In this document: positions 58,246 through 64,000 of the stretch, piece by piece | Numbering within the stretch: the stretch's first letter is position 1 | How the letters are laid out: the number at the start of each line of letters is the position of its first letter | Source: a candidate division FCPU426 bacterium | Lineage (GTDB): Bacteria > Oederibacteriota > Muellerivitia > Muellerivitales > Muellerivitaceae | DNA: 64,000 nucleotides | NCBI GenBank assembly: GCA_963719085.1 | Contig: CAVRAL010000001.1 | Coordinates: 32,001-96,000 of the forward strand | Direction of reading: 5' to 3' | Notes under the pieces: model-generated | What the model was told of the DNA's origin: nothing | Databases searched by the model: none | What the model saw: only the letters and a program-made list of their open reading frames with translations | Program-made: the position numbers and the translations under genes

Positions 58246-58566
58246 ATGGATTCCGCTTTCGCTCAAACCACGGCCGCCGCGGCGGCGGCGCCGGATTCGC
58301 CTCTGGGAGGCTTGCTTTCGCTGGCGCCCATGCTTTTGATCTTAGTGGCCTTTTACGTTATTTTTATGCTTCCCCAAAACAAGGAGCGCAAAAAAAAGGA
58401 AGAAATGCTTAAAAACATCCAGCGCGGCGACCGGGTTCTGACCCGCGGCGGGCTTTACGCCACTGTGGCCGATATTAAGGAAAATGTTTTGGTTTTAAAG
58501 ATCAACGAAAACAGCAAAGTCGAAGTCGATCGGGCTTATATTGACTCGATTGAAAAGGCCTCCTGA
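58246..58566 (+). CDS. yajC: Preprotein translocase subunit YajC
   Basis: TM helix, PQNK..K, GDRVLTRGGL. Confidence 0.92.
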   Translation: MDSAFAQTTAAAAAAPDSPLGGLLSLAPMLLILVAFYVIFMLPQNKERKKKEEMLKNIQRGDRVLTRGGLYATVADIKENVLVLKINENSKVEVDRAYIDSIEKAS

Positions 58567-58878
58567 CGAGTTTGGAATTTAGGTGCGTGTGCGCCTATAA
58601 AAATCCTCGAAAAGGCCCTTTTTTACCCGGGGGCTTTTCAGCGGGGATCGGTCTTGTCTCCTTTTTTGGCGATGCGAAAATCGTATTTCGCCCGATAGAT
58701 ACTGGATTTTCCAAGATAAAGTAAAAAACAAAAAAACGTCCCGCCAACTTCTTGTCTTCAATTATTTTTTCCTCAATTTTTAAATTAAAGGCCCTTTGGC
58801 TTCAAGAGTTGGGATATAATTGGCCCAGTTGCGAGTCATAAATGTTGCAATCTTGATTCCCATGAAACGGGTTCTTTT

Positions 58879-59418
58879 ATGAGCGATATCCTGACAGCCC
58901 AAGAACTTTCTTCCTACTTGAAAATCACCACGACCACGATCTATAAGCTCGCGCAACAGGGCAAACTTCCTTCTTTCAAAATTGGCAGTGAATGGCGCTT
59001 CAAAAAAGAACTGATTGACCGTTGGCTGGAAAAAGGCGTCCAAACGGCGGCCAAGCGGGTTTTGGTGGTGGATGATGAGCCGGGGATCTGTGATCTTTAC
59101 GTGAAGGCCTTGGACCGACGCCATTATTGGGTGGAAGTCGTTCATTCGGGCGAAGCCGCGCTGGAAGCGGTTTCCCGGCAGAATTACGATTTCATTTTTC
59201 TGGATTTAAAAATGCCGGGCTTCAGCGGCGTGGATACCTTTAAAGAGCTCAAGCTGCGCAATGTGCAATCGCTTATCATTATCGTGACCGGCTATCCGGA
59301 CAGCGAATTGCTGGTGGAAGCCATGCGATTGGGCCCTCTCACGGTGATTTTAAAACCCTTCGACTTGGCGGAAATTAAGAAGTCGGTGGAATCCCTCGTT
59401 CAAATGACTTCGAAGTAA
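58879..59418 (+). CDS. Excisionase-type HTH (HTH_17) fused to a receiver domain
   Basis: LTAQELSSYLKI...TIYKL...GKLP..KIG.EWRF; VLVVDDE, FLDLKMP, VTG, KPF. Confidence 0.9.
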   Translation: MSDILTAQELSSYLKITTTTIYKLAQQGKLPSFKIGSEWRFKKELIDRWLEKGVQTAAKRVLVVDDEPGICDLYVKALDRRHYWVEVVHSGEAALEAVSRQNYDFIFLDLKMPGFSGVDTFKELKLRNVQSLIIIVTGYPDSELLVEAMRLGPLTVILKPFDLAEIKKSVESLVQMTSK

Positions 59419-59501
59419 ATTTTCCCTTTTTTCCATAAAAAATCAGGCCCCGAACCAGAAACCGCCAAAAGGGCTGGCGTCTTGAGCCGGCCTTTGTTTC
59501 A

Positions 59502-60884
59502 ATGTCGGCCATGAGTGAATCCAAGCGATCCTCCCATCCTTTATCCGCCGCGCCGGGTCTCGCGCTCAAGGCCTCGGGGACCTACGAGGCCTCCTGGAAT
59601 TGGAAGGAAATTTGGGGCGGCTTGGCGTCCCAAGGGACCGCCGTTTATTTAGAAAGCGCGGGTCCGGTGACCGAGGCGAGCCGCTGGTGTCTTTTGGCGG
59701 GAATGCCCCAAGCGGAAGTTTGGGGAAGCGGGACCCAAGTGCGAGGCGCCCGCCCCGGTTCTTTTCAAAAAGAAATCGGCGGCTTTTTTGATTTTTTAGA
59801 CCTGGTGGCTAAAAAAACAAATTCTTTCGGAGTCTTTCCCCAAAGTTTAAGCCAGGCCTGGTTTGGGGCCTTTAGCTACGAGTTCGCCAATCCTTCGCCC
59901 GGCTCCGCGCCGGCCCAACGGCCTGATTTTTATTTTTTTAAACCCGGAAAACTTTGGGTGATCGACCGCCTTCGCCGCGAATGGACCGAATGGGGAGACG
60001 CCGAAGGAATCGGCGCCGGCCCGGCCATGTCAAAACCTTTTCGGGTGAACGGCCTTCAAGCCCACCTAGACGCCGTTTCTTACGGTCGATTAGTGGAAAA
60101 AGCCAAAGCTTACATTGCCCAGGGGGATATTTATCAAGCGAACCTGGCCCAAAAATTCACGGCGCGTTGGGAAGGGGATCCGCTTTCCTTATATGGATTG
60201 CTGGGCGCGGTAAACCCGGGTCCTTTTATGGGCCTGTTTAAAACGCCGCTTTTTACCCTGGTCTCCTCATCACCGGAGAGGCTTCTGCGCGGCCGAGGGA
60301 CCCTTTTGGAAACCCGTCCTATCGCCGGGACCCGTCCCCGGGGATTGAGCCCGGAAGAGGATGTGCGGCTCAAGCAAGAGCTTCAAACTCACCCCAAAGA
60401 ATTGGCCGAGCATCTAATGCTGGTGGATCTCATGCGAAATGATTTGGGGAGGGTGGCCCGCTATGGAACCGTGGAGGTCAAAGATTACGCCCGGGTGGAA
60501 AGTTACGCCAAGGTCCATCATTTGGTTTCGACGGTGGAAGCCCAAACGCGGGAAAAGGTTAAATTTTCCGAGACTTTCAGGTCGATTTTTCCGGGAGGGA
60601 CTATCACGGGTTGCCCCAAAATTCGGTGTATGCAGATTATCGACGAATTGGAAAAAACTCCGCGCCATTTTTATACCGGAAGCCTGGGATATTTGGCGCC
60701 GGGACCGGTCTTCGATTTTAACATCCTCATCCGAAGCTTTACCCTTTGGCCCGAGGGAGACCTTGAGTTTTTCGCGGGGGCCGGTATTGTGGCCGACTCC
60801 GACCCCGAACGGGAGTATCTAGAGACGCTTCATAAAGTGGAGGCCCTGGCCCAAGCCTTGGGCACCTCATTGGTTCCCGCATGA
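59502..60884 (+). CDS. pabB: Chorismate-binding enzyme, aminodeoxychorismate synthase component I-like
   Basis: GDIYQANL, SSSPER, PIAGT, EHLMLVDL.RND, FPGGTITGCPK, GAGIV; coupled to a class IV aminotransferase. Confidence 0.8.
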   Translation: MSAMSESKRSSHPLSAAPGLALKASGTYEASWNWKEIWGGLASQGTAVYLESAGPVTEASRWCLLAGMPQAEVWGSGTQVRGARPGSFQKEIGGFFDFLDLVAKKTNSFGVFPQSLSQAWFGAFSYEFANPSPGSAPAQRPDFYFFKPGKLWVIDRLRREWTEWGDAEGIGAGPAMSKPFRVNGLQAHLDAVSYGRLVEKAKAYIAQGDIYQANLAQKFTARWEGDPLSLYGLLGAVNPGPFMGLFKTPLFTLVSSSPERLLRGRGTLLETRPIAGTRPRGLSPEEDVRLKQELQTHPKELAEHLMLVDLMRNDLGRVARYGTVEVKDYARVESYAKVHHLVSTVEAQTREKVKFSETFRSIFPGGTITGCPKIRCMQIIDELEKTPRHFYTGSLGYLAPGPVFDFNILIRSFTLWPEGDLEFFAGAGIVADSDPEREYLETLHKVEALAQALGTSLVPA

Positions 60885-61762
60885 GCCATCTCCTTTTTAT
60901 AGAAGGGCGACTTCAGCCCGCGGATCAAGCAAAGATTTCTCCTTTAAACGGAAGCACGCTTTTTGGCGAGGGGCTTTTCGAAAGCCTGCCGGTTTACGCG
61001 GGCAAAGCCCTGTTTTTAAAGGATCACTTGGAAAGGCTCCGAAAGGGGTGCCGGTTTTTGGGTTGGCCCATGCCGTCGTTTGGGATTTTCGCGCGGGCGA
61101 TCAGGCTTTTTTACTCCGTTCATTCTTCTGATTTTGTGATTCGCTTCAACCTGACTCAAGAATTTAAAATGCCGGTTCATCCCCGGAGCCGGGGGGAAAA
61201 GACGCCTAAGCTTTGGGCTTTTATCAGGCCCCTCGTCCATGGCGCCGGGGATTTTTGGCCCTTACTGGGCGACGTCGGGATCAGTCCCTGGACCGTTCCT
61301 GCCCCCCAAAGCGCGCCGAACCAATTTAAGTGGGCTTTCTATATGATGACCCGGCAGGCCTACCGAAAAAACTCAAAATGGCGGGAAATGGTTCGAGTCA
61401 ATGGACAAGGTTATGCCGTGGACGGAGGGGGTTCCTCGGTTTTGTGGTTTGACGGCCGCCAAGTTCAGGTGCCGCCCCGCGCCTGGGTGGGGCTGGAAGG
61501 CGTGACTCAGAAAAAAATGACGGCGCTTTGCCGGCAATTGGGAATTAAAGTAGTTGAAAAACCTTGGCGTCCCGACTGGGTACTTCGCCGGGGGGAGCTT
61601 ATTTTCGCGGGCTCCGGAGTGGGGATATTGGGCGCCACTAAGCTTCAAGGAAAAAGCCTCAAGTCGTCCCATTCCCTGGCGCTTCGACTTTGGCAACATT
61701 ACCGTCAATGGGCCCTCCGCCCTGATCGCTTTGAAGGCCTAAAGTTGATCGAAAAACCCTAA
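60881..61762 (+). CDS. pabC: Class IV aminotransferase, aminodeoxychorismate lyase-like
   Basis: FGEGLFE, HLERL, LEGVT; follows pabB. Confidence 0.7.
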   Translation: MSHLLFIEGRLQPADQAKISPLNGSTLFGEGLFESLPVYAGKALFLKDHLERLRKGCRFLGWPMPSFGIFARAIRLFYSVHSSDFVIRFNLTQEFKMPVHPRSRGEKTPKLWAFIRPLVHGAGDFWPLLGDVGISPWTVPAPQSAPNQFKWAFYMMTRQAYRKNSKWREMVRVNGQGYAVDGGGSSVLWFDGRQVQVPPRAWVGLEGVTQKKMTALCRQLGIKVVEKPWRPDWVLRRGELIFAGSGVGILGATKLQGKSLKSSHSLALRLWQHYRQWALRPDRFEGLKLIEKP

Positions 61763-61880
61763 TAAAAGCCTAGGGACCTAAGGTCCCCGAAAAAGCCTGA
61801 GATTCTTGCCTTGTTTAGCAAGGCGGGATGGCTAGAATGACCCGCGGACCATACCGATTTAATAAGGCCAGGGGTGACCT

Positions 61881-62729
61881 ATGTCTTTGATTTTGGACGG
61901 GAAAATCGCCGCCCAAGCCGTAAAAGACGCTTTGAAAAGAGACTTGGGAAAGATCAACGGCGGCGCTGTTCCAGGGCTTGCCGTGGTTTTGGTCGGCGAT
62001 AATCCCGCCTCAATTGTTTATGTGGGAATGAAAAAAAAAGCTTGCGAGGCCCTGGGCTATTACTCGCGGGAAATCAAACTTCCCCGGGAAACCAGCTTGG
62101 ACGAACTGCTTCAAGCGGTCTCCGGGCTTAACGCGGATCCTCAAATCCACGGAATCCTGGTTCAGCTTCCCTTGCCGCCGCATCTTGACGCGGACCGGGT
62201 GATTAACGCTTTGGATCCCCGCAAGGATGTGGATGGGCTGCATCCCTCGAATTTGGGAAAACTATTGGCTGGGGAAAAAGGATTGAGGCCCTGTACCCCT
62301 TTAGGCGTCATGGTCTTACTCGATCATTTTAAAATTCCCGTGGCCGGGAAAAGGGCGGTGGTGATCGGGCGCAGTAATTTGGTGGGAAAGCCGGTGGGAC
62401 TTTTACTTTTGGAAGCCAATGCCTCGGTTACTTTTTGCCATAGTAAAACATCGGATTTGACCGAAGTGGTCCGTCAAGCCGAAATCGTGGTGGCGGCCAT
62501 CGGAAAGCCGTTGTTTGTGAAAGCGGAAATGATCAAACCAGGCGCGGTGGTGGTGGATGTGGGAACTTCCAAGGGAAGTGATGGTAAATTATTAGGGGAT
62601 GTGGATTACGGGCCGGTTTCCCAAGTGGCCTCGGCGATCAGTCCCGTTCCGGGAGGGGTGGGGCCCATGACTATCGCCCTTCTTTTAAAGAACACTTTTC
62701 AAGCTTTCCGGGAGCAAACAGGCTTTTGA
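61881..62729 (+). CDS. folD: Methylenetetrahydrofolate dehydrogenase/cyclohydrolase
   Basis: GILVQLPLP, KDVDG, PCTP, GRSNLVGKP, PVPGGVGPMT. Confidence 0.97.
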   Translation: MSLILDGKIAAQAVKDALKRDLGKINGGAVPGLAVVLVGDNPASIVYVGMKKKACEALGYYSREIKLPRETSLDELLQAVSGLNADPQIHGILVQLPLPPHLDADRVINALDPRKDVDGLHPSNLGKLLAGEKGLRPCTPLGVMVLLDHFKIPVAGKRAVVIGRSNLVGKPVGLLLLEANASVTFCHSKTSDLTEVVRQAEIVVAAIGKPLFVKAEMIKPGAVVVDVGTSKGSDGKLLGDVDYGPVSQVASAISPVPGGVGPMTIALLLKNTFQAFREQTGF

Positions 62730-63373
62730 ATCCCAAGCGGCGAAGGAACAAACCAATCCCACGTTTGATCACCCGAGTGGTGGGATTGACTGGCGGGATG
62801 GGGGCCGGTAAAAGCGAGGTTCTTCGGATTCTTAGCGGAATGGGCGCGTCTGTTTTGCAGGCGGACCAGGTGGGGCACGCGCTTTTAAGGGACCGACGGT
62901 TTTCAAAAATTTTGGCGGCTCGGTTTGGGAAAAGTATATTGGACGCCCAGGGCTTGGTAGACCGCCAAAAATTGGGCGCGATTGTTTTTAAAAGCGCGGG
63001 CAAAAGAAAAACGCTTAACCAACTTTTACACCCAGCGATACGTCAAAAAATAAAGCGTTGGGCGGTTGATCGTCAAAGATTGGGAAGCCGGCCGCCTTTT
63101 TTAGCCGTGGTTGAAATACCCTTGTTGTTCGAGGGAAAGGGATATCCTTATCTGGAAGGGGTCTTGAGCGTTTCCGCCCCTTCCAACGTGCGGCACCGAA
63201 GGTTATTGGGCCGGGGTTGGAACAAAAGCGAGATTTTAAGGCGGGAAAAAGGTCAATGGGCCCAGGCGCGAAAAGACAAGCGGGCCCATTGGGTTATCCA
63301 AAACAACGGAAGCCTTCCGGAGTTGAGGAAAAAAGTGAAGTCGTGGCTGAGGCAAATCGAGAAAAAAACGTAA
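62726..63373 (+). CDS. coaE: Dephospho-CoA kinase
   Basis: GLTGGMGAGKS, DRQKLG.IVF, LHPAI, EIPLLFE. Confidence 0.94.
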   Translation: MNPKRRRNKPIPRLITRVVGLTGGMGAGKSEVLRILSGMGASVLQADQVGHALLRDRRFSKILAARFGKSILDAQGLVDRQKLGAIVFKSAGKRKTLNQLLHPAIRQKIKRWAVDRQRLGSRPPFLAVVEIPLLFEGKGYPYLEGVLSVSAPSNVRHRRLLGRGWNKSEILRREKGQWAQARKDKRAHWVIQNNGSLPELRKKVKSWLRQIEKKT

Positions 63374-63379
63374 AGGCCG

Positions 63380-64000
63380 ATGGAACCAATATTAAACCGT
63401 CTTAATCAATTAAATGGTCCCCAGCGCTGGATCCTGGTTCTTTTGGCGGCCTTGGCCGCTACCTTGGCCTTCGTGACCATGGCCTTGCACGAGGGGAACC
63501 CGGTCCCGGCTTTCCTATTGTTTTATCTTCCTTTGGGATTGTCGGCCATCCTGCTTAATTTGAACGTGGCCATGGTTCTTTCGGGGATTGTGGCGTTGGT
63601 TTTAACCGTCAATAATTCGGTGACGTCCGCCCCGACTTGGGTTCTTTTTATTTTTCTCGTCAGCCTGGCCCTCAACTTTTTTTTACTTAAAAAATGGACC
63701 CGGGCGTTGGAAGTGGACCGGTTTCAATACCAGAAAAACTTGGATCTGCTGGACTTGGAGCGCAATGACGGCCAGATCGCTTTCGACAAAATCCAGAAGG
63801 CCTATCAATCCAACCAGATCAAAATCCAGCGCTATACGGCCCTCAATGAGTTGGCCCGCAGCTTGGCAGTTACCTTTAAGAGCCAGGATGTCATCATCCT
63901 GCTGGTGGAAACCATCTCCAAAACCTTCATGGTGCAGGGCGGCGTCTATACCTTGCTGCTTTTCGACAGCAGTATCGGCAAGGCGGTTCATGTGGTGCGC
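63380..64000 (+). CDS. Membrane sensor protein, partial (about 4 TM, coiled coil, start of a GAF-like domain); not in the ORF track
   Basis: ATG 63380 opens MEPILNRLNQ... with no stop to the window end; hydrophobic helices, then RYTALNELARSL... Confidence 0.7.
   Translation, partial: MEPILNRLNQLNGPQRWILVLLAALAATLAFVTMALHEGNPVPAFLLFYLPLGLSAILLNLNVAMVLSGIVALVLTVNNSVTSAPTWVLFIFLVSLALNFFLLKKWTRALEVDRFQYQKNLDLLDLERNDGQIAFDKIQKAYQSNQIKIQRYTALNELARSLAVTFKSQDVIILLVETISKTFMVQGGVYTLLLFDSSIGKAVHVVR

Noticed and set aside
58879..59050. Excisionase-like HTH as a prophage remnant
   Set aside because: Fused in frame to an intact receiver domain; no phage or integrase genes nearby
61763..61880. ZTP or THF riboswitch upstream of folD
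   Set aside because: Consensus cores not found; only short hairpins and a probable TAGAAT -10 box

Overview
A gene-dense bacterial chromosome segment, almost entirely on the + strand. The organism is a diderm (PilQ secretin, autotransporter) with Deltaproteobacteria/Elusimicrobia-like gene order; taxonomy cannot be fixed from the window. Contents in order: dnaJ(3')-rsmE-aroE; a complete type IVa pilus locus (pilB-T-C-A-D-M-N-O-P-Q) with pilD split at a T10 tract; aroC-K-B; a TPR-Roadblock gene plus an MglC-like Roadblock gene; ftsB; three tRNAs; folate genes (folM-like, folBK, metF, folE, folP, pabB, pabC, folD); tilS-ftsH; cdaA-cdaR; pdxJ; recX-alaS-yqgF-mltG; ftsE-ftsX-envC-ctpA; a Gly-rich autotransporter; tsaD, dusB, rsmI, PIN-PhoH, pdxA, rsmA, glmS, yajC and coaE. 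The most unusual signal is a ~118-bp two-hairpin non-coding element present twice (31128-31259 and 35970-36103). Each copy sits at the start of an unrelated gene beginning MKRWL (cdaR, yqgF), duplicates the first five codons, supplies a new Shine-Dalgarno, and carries an internal segment complementary to the target that co-varies with it. Other notable items are an apparently catalytically degenerate FtsE, a possibly phase-variable pilD, and structured leaders upstream of glmS, ftsH and tRNA-Leu. No CRISPR, rRNA, transposase or phage genes were seen. All calls are from motif recognition by eye; no searches were run.
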